Source: Paraphysomonas bandaiensis
Taxonomy: Eukaryota > Protista > Chrysophyceae
Direction: 5' to 3'
DNA: 64,000 nucleotides
Assembly (NCBI GenBank): GCA_965644295.1
Contig: CBFFRP010000164.1
Location: forward strand, 62,001 to 126,000
Numbering within the stretch: position 1 is the stretch's first letter; every line of letters begins with the position of its first letter. The position numbers were made by a program, and so were the translations under genes. Positions 12,752 to 25,803 of the stretch are shown here, piece by piece. The notes beneath the pieces are model-generated. The model ran no database searches. It was given only the letters and a program-made list of their open reading frames with translations, and was not told the DNA's origin.

Positions 12752-15371
12752 ATGCTCCCTGCGTTTAAGTTTAGTATCGGACATCAGATTAATCAAAAGT
12801 TTGTCACATTTGGCACATGTAAGTCAAGATTATTAAAAGTGATTTGATTCGTTTTGATTTCATCTACTTTTTCCATTAGTTGATGATGGAAAACCTTCGC
12901 TTGCTATGGCCACAACTGGTGGTAAAATACTTCTTCATTCACCTCACGATACTGAGCAGAGAAACGGTGAAATACCCCACACAAGATTCTTAAATTTCAA
13001 CAAAAAGATAACTGCAATTACTTCAGGTCTGTGATACGATATGGGTACTTTCTTTGAGTCATGTGTGAATCTTATAGGTAGTCTAAGTGACGAATCAAGT
13101 CAGTCTACAAAAGATCTCTTGTTTGTTGGCACTCAGAGTACTTTACTCGCGTATGATGTGGAACGAAACTCAGATGTGTTTTTCCGTGATGTACCTGATG
13201 GTGTTAACGCATTGACGGTTGGAAATTTGTCTAGTATGCGTTCGCTTGTGTTTGCTGGTGGAAACTGCTCTGTCCTTGGGTTTAATGCAACCGGAGCGGA
13301 ATCATTTTGGACCGTAACAGGTGACAACGTTTCGGCAATGGCACTATGCGACGTCGATAATGACGGACTCAGCGAGCTTGTGGTGGGTTCAGAGGATTAT
13401 GAGATCCGGTTCTTCCAGAATGAGGAGCTCCTATGTGAGCAAACAGAAGCAGATAAGATAGACTTCCTCCACCCTGTGGAGAAGTCGCTCTTCGGGTATG
13501 GACTGGCAAATGGCACTGTGGGCGTATATACGGGCCCACGTAACAGGTTGTGGCGTGTGAAGACGAAAAACCAGGTGACCGCTCTGAGTGCATACGATCT
13601 CAACTCCGATGGTGTTCCAGAAATAATATCAGGTTGGAGCAACGGACAACTCAACGTACGCAACGTTGACAACGGAGAAACTCTTTACAAGTCCACCTTC
13701 GTATCCCCCATTGCTTCCCTGCTATGTGGTGATTATAGGTTAGATGGCAAGCAAGAGTTGATTGTGTGCACCACTAGTGGTGAGATAAGTGGGTTCCTTC
13801 CAGCGGACTTCGAGTTGTTGCCGACTAATGCTGCCGAGGGAAATGCGTCCGCAGAACCCACGGGAGACCAAAAGGTGTTGGATGAGATGCAGAAACAGAA
13901 GGTGGAGTTATCTAAGGAGCTAAGGGCGATAGAGAAAAGTTTAAAAAATGTTAAATCGGGGGATACAGTCGTGCCGGGAGGCTTGCCACCAGATACGACG
14001 TTGTCATATTCCCTGGTAGCAGATCCTCTACGAAATGGTGTACTGCTTACAGTGGAGGCCTCCACCGATGTTCAAGTGGCCAGTGTGATTGTAATTGATC
14101 TAGGTATGTGATGTGTTTCTCTGAATGAACTGTGTCTCATTGAGTTTCTCTAGAGAGCGTCATTCTATCAGGCAGTGAAATACTCACAGTAACTCCTTCT
14201 CTTCCGAGTCGGCAGTCGTCAGTCTTGATCCGACCCCTCCGCAACGCCCCTTGTAGTCTACGCATTCAGGTACCATTGTCTTGGATTGCGTTTCTTGTTA
14301 TTCTGGATTTACGAGTCACAAACTTTATATTATCAGACACATGTGGCTGTAAGGGGTTTCCACAGTAATATGCACGTATTCGAAGATATTGTTTCCGTCC
14401 CGAAATTCGCATCTTTTGCCCAGTTGACAGAAGCCAACCAGATGTCGGCCCCACTCTCTTATGTCAACTTCCGAATAAATGAAGATATATCTCGTTTTAT
14501 ATCATGGATGCAGGCCTCCTTTATTTTGTTCTCTAGCCCCAAGGTGAAGAATCATTCCTTGTGTGCTGTTTTGGCATGGTAATGGTTATGGTGACACAGG
14601 TCTCCCAGGATAAACTTCGTGCTCATTTTACTTCCGTATGTACAACTGTCGGGCAAGCTGAGGGTTGTCAACCTGCAACAACGAGCATTCCGTTGTACTT
14701 GCTGGCAACAAGAGAAGAAGGTGGCATCAGTGTACAGGTTAGATGTGACAACATGGAACTTGCTGCGGATGTGGTACAGGACATTGCCAAGTTCTTTAAG
14801 ATTTCTGAGCTGGAGTCCCTCGTCGACTTTCCACAAGAGATGGGGTTGCTAGAGGATGTAAGTGCATATATGTATTTGTTGCCAGTCAGGAATGACGCAC
14901 GGCTACAGGTCTTGCGACGAGTGGCAGAGTTCAATGCGCTAAGGATACGTATGGCAGCTGATATGGCAGACGACTCGCAGCGTGTGAAGGTGACAAAGCT
15001 CTATTTTAGACGCCCGTCGCGATATTGTGCTTATTACTACTGTCGTTCTGTAGGCGTTAGTAGTGCGTGCGGAAGATGCCAGACTGATGAATGATATGGA
15101 GACTATGTGCCGTGCATATACTGATCTATACAGTCTAAATAACCAACTGATTGGCGGTTATAATAATCGTGCATCAAGTTACGAGGGGCTTTTGGTGGCA
15201 CTTAAGGAGGTCAATCAAATGATCCAGAAGGCTGCCAATCTCAGAGTCGGAGTGCCAAAGAAAAAGGTGATAACAGACTGCAGGGTTGCTGTTAAAGCGA
15301 ACAATATGCAATCTCTGTTCCGAATCATAAAGCAGGGCTATGACACTCCATCTCAAGGAACAAGGAAATAG
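12752..15371 (+). CDS. BBS2: Bardet-Biedl syndrome 2 protein (BBSome), multi-exon
   Basis: N-terminus MLPAFKFSIGH..PSLAMATTGGKILLHSPH; GTQSTLLAYDVERNSDVFFRDVPDG, GGNCS, FWTVTGDNV, LVVGSEDYEIR; C-terminal RAEDARL..LKEVNQMIQKAANLRVG. Confidence 0.95.
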
Positions 15372-15799
15372 ACATACCATAGATATTTGTGAAGTTTTTA
15401 TTCTCCACTAGCAGCTTTTGCGAGCAGTTTTACCGTTTGCGATATTACAAGTGTACGTACATGCAGGGAACCGATAATTATAATTACGCTGTGTCTGTAA
15501 TTATTTGTTACTATCATTCTTATTGATAATCTTATTCGTACTTTCAGCGTTTTTATTGCAACACATACACATGCATGCGTTTGCTGCAAATTAACGACAA
15601 ATCTTGAGCATATATAAATTTCACCTAATCTTATAGTACATTACAGTACACCATCTAGGTCTCATTATTGCTTGCGCATGTAACAGAAAAGCAATAACTG
15701 TACCCCAATGAATGAACTGATTATTACTCAACAGCCCAATAGTACTCCAGCTACACACTCTACTACTCTAGTCTCTAGTACCACTACTTATTACCTGAC

Positions 15800-17100
15800 A
15801 CTAGCCCGGAGTCTCTGGAGCTTAAAGCCATTTCTGATGCAATTCTCTATTTACCACGACTGAGAGCATTGCTCAGTAAGTCGAGCATATCCACTACCTC
15901 ACCTGCATGGTCTTCTTTTTCCATTTCAAACACGGTTTCATGCTGTAAATCAGCACATGAATCAACGACCTACTCGGACTGAACTTTCACTGCGCATTTC
16001 AAATGCTTTTCTCCCCTCCAATACTAATAGGCATTCTGCTTGCTTGCGTCATCTTCAATAACCTCGAGACATACACTCTCCGCTTTTCTACAGGTCACGG
16101 GAACCCACTTTTCACGCTCATTTTGTCGATAATGAGGCATAAACCTTCACAATAGCTCTCCCGCATAGTGATGAAGCTTGCAATACGAACTCACAGTTAA
16201 TAATGGCACGATTCACAGTGTATTCGCTCTCTCAAATTCCTTCTGTGGGAATAAGTCGATCCAGCAGAATATGTCGATCCAGCAAAAAAATCGACCTTTT
16301 TTCGTTATTTCTCTGAAATATATTCGTCAAAAAACAACATGCATCAAAAAAGCCTGGATTTTTTTGCTGGATCGACATATTCTGCTGGATCGACTTATTC
16401 CCACACACAGAATTGTTGCCTTATTGGAATTCCAAGACATCACAATCTAAGTGCGTGGCATTCGCTACTATCTAATTGAAGTTGCGGTTTCTGCAGCACG
16501 ACATCAAGATTTCAGCTGGATGATGGTATCTTGTTCCCTCAAACCATCCCTATCTGCTCCTTGGAGTTCCAAAACGCTGTTCACATACCAGTGCCTGCCC
16601 ATACTTCAATGTTCTGTTCGACGTCACACTTTAGTCAGCCGCATTTGCGATTACTACACAATCACAACTTCACTGCAATCAAGTCAGAGTTATCATCACG
16701 ACTAAGATTCGTGTCCTCACAGTGAGTGTTGCCTGGAGTGACACTTCTTTATTGGCATGCTCCATGACAAGACGATGAAAAACGACGCTTTTGTTCTCGT
16801 TAGCGCGAAGGGCATCCCAGTAGAGCTCATAGAACTCCCATCCATACACTCGTATCCAGAATATACTCCAGAGCGCAAGTAAAATTCCCTTGCCTGACAA
16901 TCCTGGAGTTTTACTTGCGCTCTGGAGCTTGAGGAAGATTTTACTCCCTTGCCTGCAGAGTGTTCGATCATGGAAGACCGCAGTCCTGATCCCTTCTATC
17001 AGACATTGCATGCTCTTACTTGTCCAGATACACTGGATGAAATGATTCGTTACTAATATTCGCCGCAAGAGAATGGATACTTTAAACGAGCAGCAGCATG
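15800..17100 (-). pseudogene. Decayed coding relic of unknown (possibly transposon) origin, interrupted by a MITE
   Basis: Protein-like minus-strand frames with scattered stops. Removing the 16244-16405 MITE restores a continuous frame WNSNKATILWKEFERANTL. Boundaries are approximate. Confidence 0.35.
16244..16405. mobile_element. 162-bp MITE with perfect 49-bp TIRs and TGT..ACA ends
   Basis: 16244-16292 (tgtgggaataagtcgatccagcagaatatgtcgatccagcaaaaaaatc) is the exact reverse complement of 16357-16405. Confidence 0.9.
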
Positions 17101-17754
17101 TGGCAGCTCGAACAGCCGAACTGGAGACATGACCAGCTCACTGAAACCAATTCATTTCCGTCGGCTGACTTAACACTTCTTCCTGCATCGTTTGTTTCTA
17201 CTTATTTAGTAATATTTTTTGCTATCTGTTCCTTAGTCTTAGTTTGTTTCATTTTTACCAATAACTAACATTCGATACAACGTAACTTTTACTTACATAA
17301 CCTTTCGACACTTAGTAACACTTACTTCTATTCACACTTAGTAACAACTTAGTAACACTATATAGATATATTCTTACCCTTATATAGGGCAATCAATAAC
17401 CTATACCCTATAGTAGCTTGAATGCTGAGGGTAAGAAACTTGTGCTAGTACTTCCCGCTTCCCGAGCTATTGGGTATTCCATGGGATCTCGCACTCACTT
17501 TATACTTTTATACCTGACAACAAACCTAGTGTTCATTGCAGCCATGCACAAATAGATTGTTTATATGAGAGGATGCAAACTTTCATCATATGATAGTCGC
17601 AGTGAATCTATATTTAGTATTTAGATTTGGGACTAGAGAAGAAGAGATCTCAGACTGACATGTGATACGTACATAAGTATACGTATTGCGTATATTGTAT
17701 AAATCCATTATCACTTGCAACTGCTGAATTCCAATTACCAATAAGACATTAGAC

Positions 17755-17858
17755 CTGGGCCTGGTAACCGTTAATGGTCCATTAATGGTAGTCCAGTTCC
17801 TGGCAATTATAATGCCATTACCATATTACCATTAACCATTAACGGTTACCAGGCCCTG
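17755..17858. mobile_element. hAT-type MITE (family 1), intact copy
   Basis: 23-bp TIR c(a/t)gggcctggtaaccgttaatgg. Flanks cattagac and cactagac form an 8-bp TSD with one mismatch. Confidence 0.88.
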
Positions 17859-18292
17859 CACTAGACGACTGCTAGCAGCTAGCATCATATCATTAATATT
17901 GCATAAAAATAACAACTATTTCTCAATTGAGATATCCCTGATTCGTAATTAGGCGTTTACGTCATCCACTGAGCGATGAGAATGTAATTTTTGCGTTTAA
18001 TATCCCAGAAAGCACTGTACATACCACATAAACTACAATATGTAACATTAATAGACTGGAATCTCGCGAGCTTAATACACTTTGTCAACAGGAATATACC
18101 CTTTAGTACTATGATGTGTATGTTACGTACTTACGTACTATGCGCTCAAAGGGAAAGTGACAATGAGCCTAAGAACCCATCAATCTTTGTAGCATAGATG
18201 CTAACCACTACACGGAGGTACAATTACAGAAAAAAAGTAATTACTAGGCGGTGCTGTTTATTACTGACTTATACACTCATGGAGGTGAAAAT

Positions 18293-19128
18293 CTAAATCA
18301 TTTTCTTGATGAGGTGGTTAATCTTATCACCCTGCATTCCGCAGGCACCATTCTCATTGAAATGAATCAGCTTCTTTCTGCCGGGATATCCTTTGCGAGG
18401 AGTGTTAAGCTTGAAGGGCCATAGGAAGTTGGCAGCCTCCTTGAAGTGGGGTCCGACAGTGAAGATTTCGTGGATAACATCCTCAACGCACACAATGCCG
18501 TATTCACCAAGGGCGGCACTTACGACAGTGTTGGAGCTAAGAGGAACGCGCTGACCGCTAACCTTGCCATATCCACGCTTGTAAATGAGCTCTCTCACAG
18601 ACTTAAGGTTGGGGTATCCGTAGGCAATGAAGGGCTCAATGAGACGAAGCATTTTTGTGGTGGCGGCGTTGACACGAACGAAAGTGCCGTTGTTAATCTG
18701 GCGCAATCTGAAGAGGCGCAAGATCTTCTTCACTTTAGGAGACACACCAATGGTACCACGAATGCGGACAACAAAGACAACCTTAGCCTCGTCAGGAACA
18801 TAGAGCTGGCCGGTAGCCTTGGCCTTGCGGCGGTTGTCAATGACAGTCTGCTCAAGCTACAAGCACACACCCATTACATAACCTACATTACAATTATCAT
18901 AGATTCAAACCTGTTCGTATTCATCAGCATAAGCCTGAGCCTTAGCAAAGATATCCTTTTCGAACTGCACTTTAGCCTACATACATGAGTACATGAGAAT
19001 TAAATAACATTATTCTGAATTAATATCCGTACCTGTGCAGCCTCCTTTTCAGCCTTGGCAGATGCAGCTGCTAGCTCAGCATCACGTGCCTGCTTCTTTT
19101 TAAATGATTCGGGAACAACACCAGCCAT
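18293..19128 (-). CDS. RPL7: 60S ribosomal protein L7 (uL30), 3 exons
   Basis: MAGVVPESFKKKQAR..; KILRLFRLRQINNGTFV, YGYPNLKSVRELIYKRGYGK, CVEDVIHEIFTVGPHFKEAANFLWPFKL. Confidence 0.97.
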
Positions 19129-19465
19129 TTCTTTCCAATAATTAACAAACACCAGTGTGACTATGAATTGCTGTTGTTTTCACTTGGAGTCATTAATATG
19201 GAAGCAAAAATCACACCACACACTACCACAAAGCTAGAATCTTGCAAGGTCGTTTTCAGTTTTGGTAATAAATTCGATTCTGTGGGCAAAAATAATCAAT
19301 GGCAGAGTTTTTTGACTATATACACACCATCATACGATTGTATAACAACACTGCCAGTGAGGGTATGTACATAACAACTAATTCAAGACTATACTAATTC
19401 ATACTTATCAATATAGCAGAAAAGCTTGGTATTGTGTCAGTCACAAGTACTCTGTGTAGTTCGAA

Positions 19466-20343
19466 ATGATTAGATCACTAAGGTGTCTTCCTTCTATTGT
19501 GAGAGCGAGAAACTGCTCGACTGCAGTGTCTGTCCAGTCTGCAGAACAGACTTCAGTACTATCGGATGGGCGTCCTCCTATGCCTCCGAAATTTAAGGAT
19601 CTTCCTCCTCAGAACATATATACCGCATTCAGAATTGTTAAAGAGAAGGCTAGAGCAAGATTTGTTGAAACCGTTGAGGTAGCTGTGAGACTTAATGTCG
19701 ATCCGCGCAAAGCACCTCAAAATATTAAAGGTATGGCAACATTACCTCAAGGAATCGGTAAAAAGATTCGTGTCGGAGTCTTTGCATCTGGTGGCGACCT
19801 TTTGACCGCCAAGAATGCTGGTGCTGATGTATTTGGTGGAGAGGACTTAATAGAGAGAGTAAAGGGCGGCGAAATTCCTTTTGATCGTGTGGTCGCCACA
19901 CCGGAAATGATGGCAAAGCTCGGAAAGATTGGAAGGGTAATGTTGCATTCGTCATCTGCAATTTAGTGTTGATTTGATTACAGATATTGGGACCCCGGGG
20001 ACTGATGCCTAATCCGAAGTTAGGTACTGTAACGAATGATGTTGAGAAGGCAGTGAAGACTGCGAAGGCTGGATCTGTTCAATTTCGTGTTGACAAAGCA
20101 GGTATCATTCATGCAGGTATTGGTAAGGTTGACTTCGAGGTAGATGCCTTAGTGGACAATACCCGTTCACTTATGTTGGCACTATTGGCTGCGAAGCCGG
20201 AAGCCGTGAAAGGCAAGTACATCAAAGGCATGTCTGTCTGTTCCACAATGGGGAGAGGTGTCCCTGTGGATTTGGCCACCGTCGACCCCACGAGCGCAAA
20301 ATTCATGCTATCTCCAGAGGAGGTTGCGAAATTAGGGTTTTAA
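19466..20343 (+). CDS. MRPL1: Mitochondrial ribosomal protein L1 (uL1m)
   Basis: Arg/Ser-rich presequence; [21 protein letters not shown]|[16 protein letters not shown] across intron 19937-19983; STMGRG. Confidence 0.9.
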
Positions 20344-20573
20344 ATTGCAACGCTTAATAGATGTAGTGTCCAACCACATAGCTATTTTTGTAATAAATAT
20401 AAATCGAACTGCACGGATGATATGCATGTCGAAATGGACCCAGTATATTTATAAATATCCCACTTTTACGAATATTTGGATCACCGTATAACGGGCATGC
20501 CGAACAATAAAATGTTCGGAAAATCGGATTATCTCGACCATATATTTATGATATCTAGAATGTCACGATTTTA

Positions 20574-21337
20574 CAATTAATTGCAATATAATTGCAAATG
20601 TTTTTTTGAAATTAAATTGTAATTATTAGTTATAGCTCGCGCAATTATTATTGCAATTAATTGCAATTTAATTGCGCCAATTATTGTCTAATTAACTTGG
20701 TTACTCATTGCAAACACGTATAGCATCTTCAACAGTATGATGATATTATTGACAATGTATGATATTTACATGGTCAAAACTCTAAATATCCAGGTTTTCG
20801 TCTGCAAAAAACAGTAGAAAGCCCTGATAATCCATGTCCATAGCGCTGCACATCCAGTTCGTAGTGCAATTTAACCCTGCAGTGTCCTGTAAGGCATCCA
20901 AGGTCGGAAGAACATAATTGCCACACTATATATCTTCAACTGGAGGGGTATTGGGCAATACATATACACTATGAATCGAGCTGAACTAAGTGAACTGAGT
21001 TTTGTAGCTCAAAATCAAGAGAAAAGACACATAATCGACCGTTATAAAAAACAGTACCTTTCTTAATGTAAAGAAAACGTTATAATGAGAGGCCAACCTT
21101 CCCACTATTGTACTAGCCATTAAGGGCAATAAATGGCCATCGTCCTTAATGTTTTGCAACTTCTAATTCTAATATTATATGCTCTTATACTATATAGTTA
21201 ATAATTGCCAATTAATTGCAATTTAACTGCAACCTTACAACGAGCAATTATAATTGCAATTATTACGTATGTTCCATGCAATTTAATTGCAATTAACTGC
21301 AATTAATTGAAATTCAATTAATTGTTACGCAGCCCTG
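20574..21337. mobile_element. Non-autonomous hAT-like element (family 2) with AATTGC-rich subterminal repeats
   Basis: AATTGC/TTAATT arrays at ~20574-20700 and ~21200-21325, ending in ttgttacgcagccctg. The same terminus recurs ending at 37207, 40961, 54922 and 55018, and inverted at 47988. The left TIR is not seen. Confidence 0.6.
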
Positions 21338-21455
21338 TTACGAACACAATATATTTCGGCATTTTTTTACCGTTTGGCCACTATCGTCATTCAAACGATA
21401 CCACACTAATGTCCATAAACTGCAAGAACAAAGCACTTAGAATAAACAAAGAACA

Positions 21456-22976
21456 ATGGATATTATTAGAGAGCAAAGTGAGTTCAGAGATGAGATTGCA
21501 CTGCAAACCAAGCAGATGCGGTTAACGGATAGTACCCGCAGGCAGTATGCAGATAGGATCAAGGCATTTTCGCATTGGCTTGATGAGAATTACCCTGCTT
21601 GCGTGGAAAGAGACAACGATAATAAGTTATCACCAATACTTCCAATACCTGATGTTGTAATGGAAAAGTACATGGCACATGTGCTTCTTAAAATCGATAG
21701 TCGAACTGGTCTGTACTATGACCCTCCACAGCATTACTCGTTTGCACACGTTAATGGACATCGAAGTGCTTTTAAAAATATGTACACGGAGAAGAGAATG
21801 AACCCTTCACCGGAAATAGAGAGTATGTTTAAAGAAACTCTCGAGGGATTCAAGAGGAAGGTTGCTGACCTAAAGCAGCGTGGCTGGATGGAGTTTAGGA
21901 CCCATTCAGAGTATATACATATTTGAAGGAGCAGGTGGAGATCAATTTGTTGATAGGGCAGCTACAGGTATATCAAGCAGTGATCCTAACTTTGCTATCC
22001 TTCCACCTCATTTCGATGACACTAATGGTCCGGTTCTATCAGTTGAAGAATGGGAAGATATTCTACCTGGCTTCTCATCATTTTATCCTGAGAATTTCAG
22101 AGTGGCTTTGCCATATCTACTGCTTCGCTGGCATACCATCATCATGACTGGCTATTAGAAACTCTTTCACCAAATCATCCTTTGTTTCTTCAAAGGGTTT
22201 GGACAAGTGGTATTCTACAACGTCTTCGACCGAAGGTATTAACTGGTGTGTTTCATAATGATGTGTCAAGAATGAATGCAACTGATGTTCCACCCTATGT
22301 GAATCTAGCTAATCGTTTTTCGTCGTTGGAAAAAACTGTTGGGAGCTTGTCTAGTGATATGAAAGAAATGAATGCTACTTTACGGTTAATGGCGCGGTGC
22401 CTGTAACTAGTACCCACCTCGACAGTTTACGTGATTCACTTTTAGCAGAAATTAGAACAAGATGTACATCACAGAATGCAGAGCGAATTCCTACACAAGA
22501 AGAGCAATCCACATCACGAGAGAACGCTACATTGCACATTTGGGGTGGGCGCCATCATTTATTTCCAGAGGGCTTTTGTTTTCCGAAAGGTAACGTCAAA
22601 ATGTTGTGGGGTCTATGGTGGGGGGGAGAGCCTCATAGAAATATCTTGCCCTACAGAAGAATCAAAGGCTTCGATTTATCTAGAACTGACAGGGTAAATT
22701 GGAGTAAGTAGCACACTAGTCTCCAAAGCCATAGAGATGAACGAGATCGGAGCAGCAGAGGACATTAATAAACTACTACCACGACAACGAGATGCGTTAT
22801 TTAGCAATGTTTTTATACCTTTTTGTATGAGTATATTCGCGGCTGCTAATCCCGTTCTTCTCGATGATATGCGCATCGGAGAAATGTCATATACGACATT
22901 CTACGATTACATGAAGGGACGCCAGAGGAATAAGCGTAAACGGAATGCAATGGAGCAAACGGCAGAAGATAATTGA
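21456..22976 (+). mobile_element. Crypton-type tyrosine-recombinase transposon relic (internally deleted, frameshifted)
   Basis: N-terminal TRRQYADRIKAFSHWL..GHRSAFKNMY..GFKRKVADLKQRG is fused to GWSLG..YIFEGAGGDQFVDRAATG..FAILPPHF, then a GCR1_C-like C-terminus (FPEGFCFPKG..LWGLWWGG..ILPYRRI). These motifs are typical of stramenopile Cryptons. The central catalytic region appears to be missing. Confidence 0.75.
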
Positions 22977-23295
22977 CTGGCACACGTCTATGTTAGTGTC
23001 GTATGTACGTGAGGGGGGTCTGTGAGACTCTTAACAGTCCCCTTCACGTATATATATGAACAGGCATCGCATTAGTGGAGGGGTTGATGAGAATATGACG
23101 GTCAAGTAGATAGATATCGACTTCTGGTGTAGAAATCATCTTGTTTCATGGCACGATTGTCAGTTTAAAGTAACATAAAGATGAACGTAAGTTGACATAC
23201 ACAGAGTTCATATGGCAGTTCACCATACAACACCAATATACAACAGTATACACATAAATACACATACTACCGTTCTGTTCAACCAGTGTTTGTAC

Positions 23296-23420
23296 GTATC
23301 AGCATCCTTTGTATATTTTTGTTCAGAGATGCCTCTAATATTGAGACAATAATTATCTGTATTCCAGCCGTAGTTGTACTCCAGTAATGTAGAGTATTTT
23401 TACTTCAATTTATTCCCGAA
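23296..23420. repeat. ~125-bp dispersed duplicate (second copy ~27208-27332)
   Basis: The core gatgcctctaatattgagacaataattatctgtatt is shared by both copies. The minus strand reads as a coding fragment (YNYGWNTDNYCLNIRGIS). Confidence 0.85.
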
Positions 23421-23771
23421 ACTTAAACGTCTATACATGCAGATGCCCAGATAGTAACACAAAATCCAGATTATAATAGTAGCTCCTAATGGGTGTGCGA
23501 CGTGATTATATTCGCCTGTGTGGTGGTATTGAGGGGGAGTGTACAGTGTTTATTCCTCATGTCTATACCAGGACCTGGTAACCATTAATGGTTAAACCGG
23601 TATACCACTTTAAGGTATACCAACACAAAATCTCCTTCCTGTCGTAGAACGCTACCAATTTCCTGTAGATCCACCTGCCTATTAGGGGGAGGGCGGTGTT
23701 AATAGCCAAAGAAGGCAGCCACTGTAAGCAAGAGAATTGTAACTTAAAACACCATATGTGCCGTAACGGGG

Positions 23772-24660
23772 TTAGCTTGTAACGTTCTTTGATGAATTCA
23801 TAGACTTGGCGGTCGCGCCCAAAAACGAATTCGGACGACAGCTCCATGGTATATTCGTGCAGAAGTTTTTCGGCGGTTTCGTTGTATTTGAAACGAATAT
23901 CGGGGTTTTCGTTAAGAGAAAGTAGAGCGTTGAAGTAAAGCCTATCCAACTGTAATGGGACCCAATATCTATGGTGTCTGGCAGCGCATAGGGTGGTTGT
24001 AAGGACCGGAAAAACCTGAGTGATCGGACTTCATTGTTAATGATTGCCTCATTGCACCATTGCTGTACAGTTTTGTCAGGAAAATAGTCAGGAAAGAGTA
24101 TTTCTAGCATGTCCACACTTTATCACATACTTAGCATATGTATCCGCGTTATCTATGAACATCTCATGCACGACAAGCACACGGAAAGTTTCGATACAGT
24201 TAAGAGCAATGGCATTTGTCACGATACTATGCGTCGGGAGCATGTCGAATTTTTGGAAAACCCATTTGTAGAATATGTCTAGTTCCGGATGTGACATCCC
24301 CTTTTGGTAAATAAAAATGTTGAATTTTGCAGTATCAAATTTTAAGCCCGGAAATAACTTGTGAATCATCGTCAACCTCTCGCGCACGTTTTTCACGTTG
24401 TGGCCATAGTATGGTCGGAAGTTTTTGACCAAGGTGGCACACCAGTATGGGTATGGGTAGTTCTTGTCCGGTAAGCTGAAATTTTCCAGCACCCAATGGA
24501 CAGTGCTTTCCAAAGCAGCCATGGGACATAACATAAACACCTCGGGAAGAAGACATTCGCCTATATCGTCGACCATTTCATTATCGCCAGGAGGGCATAT
24601 GGCAATTCATGATATGCTGGAACAATTCAATGTCTTCGTAGCTAGATATGGATTTGACAT
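23772..24660 (-). pseudogene. Frameshifted intronless gene, divergent ankyrin-like repeat protein
   Basis: Overlapping ORFs 24088-24576 and 23772-24116. Helical repeats AIALNCIETFRVLV, VIKCGH..MLEIL and AIINNEVRSLRFFRSLQPP resemble degenerate ankyrin repeats. The 5' boundary is approximate. Confidence 0.45.
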
Positions 24661-25803
24661 ACAATAAGTATCGTTCCATGCGCGTTGTAGGGTCTATAAA
24701 CCTATCCAATATACGCTGCACAAGTGCGGGAAATTCCAAAGCAAACGCGGGCTGTGTAATACTGTATATAATTAGCTAAATACTAGAATCACTCGCTCAT
24801 TCGTATTTCATTTCGCTCATCCTCGTTGTAGTATCACATACATAAACTACCACGTAGTAGCTAGTGCGTAGCCTTCTTCGTTCTGGCAAGAGCGAGCCTC
24901 TCCTCCTCGCCTCTGGCTGGTGAATTATAGCTCAAGAATCTCTTAGAAGGCACACCCAAACAAGAACACAGAACACAAACAACGCGCAAGCTGCTACACA
25001 ATCTGTTACCTGCTACTACCTCATAACCTCTGCCCTAATAAATGCGCTGATTGTACATAGCTAGCTATAGCTAGATAACTAGATAGTGTGCATTGTGGCT
25101 GATTAATAACTGTACTAGCTCGAGTAAAACTTTTCGAGCGACCTTTTCTTCTTCTTACTCCTTTTGGCCGACCTCGACTGTCTCCTACAGTGCGTCGTCA
25201 TTCCTCTTTGAGCGATACATGCTACAACATAATAACAGGAGATCCTTTGCATTGCATGCAATAATTCTTCACCACAAAAATACTTCGAAGTTCTCCTTCC
25301 GAGAAGCTCACTACTTGCCCAATACAAGCTACTGCTACGTACATAACATGTATACCAAGTACAAAGCAAACCACGGCGGAACTTTTCATGGCTACTACGT
25401 GTCTCTCCGTCCGCCCAGCCACTCTCCAGAAGGTTATTTTGGAACGTTGTGTTGCTGCCGCGACGACTCTTTCTAGCTAAATAAAAGCGGAAACTGCTTT
25501 TAGCTGACCGACGAGCCGTATAAGTTAGTTGTGGTGGAATGAAGCATGAAGATAACAAATTTAACAATAGTTCGCTGCTCGTCAAAGAGTAATGTTAATC
25601 TTAATTATATTAATTAAAGTCTGATCTTTAACTTTGTACTTTATTAGGCTACATTCCTACAATACAAACAAAGTACTGGTATGCGATACATATGGTGCAG
25701 GTCATAAAGCATCGCATAGCATGTCACTTTGTGTGAACAATCTAAAAATGAATAGCTTCTATATGAAGGCCCTTGGAAGGAGCATACGAGAAGTTTATTT
25801 GAA

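Noticed and set aside
18446-18988. 180-aa plus-strand ORF
   Set aside because: Antisense shadow of the codon-biased RPL7 gene.
25093-25585. Overlapping ORFs 25093-25476(+) and 25115-25585(-)
   Set aside because: Non-ATG starts, low complexity and no recognisable motifs; probably decayed sequence.
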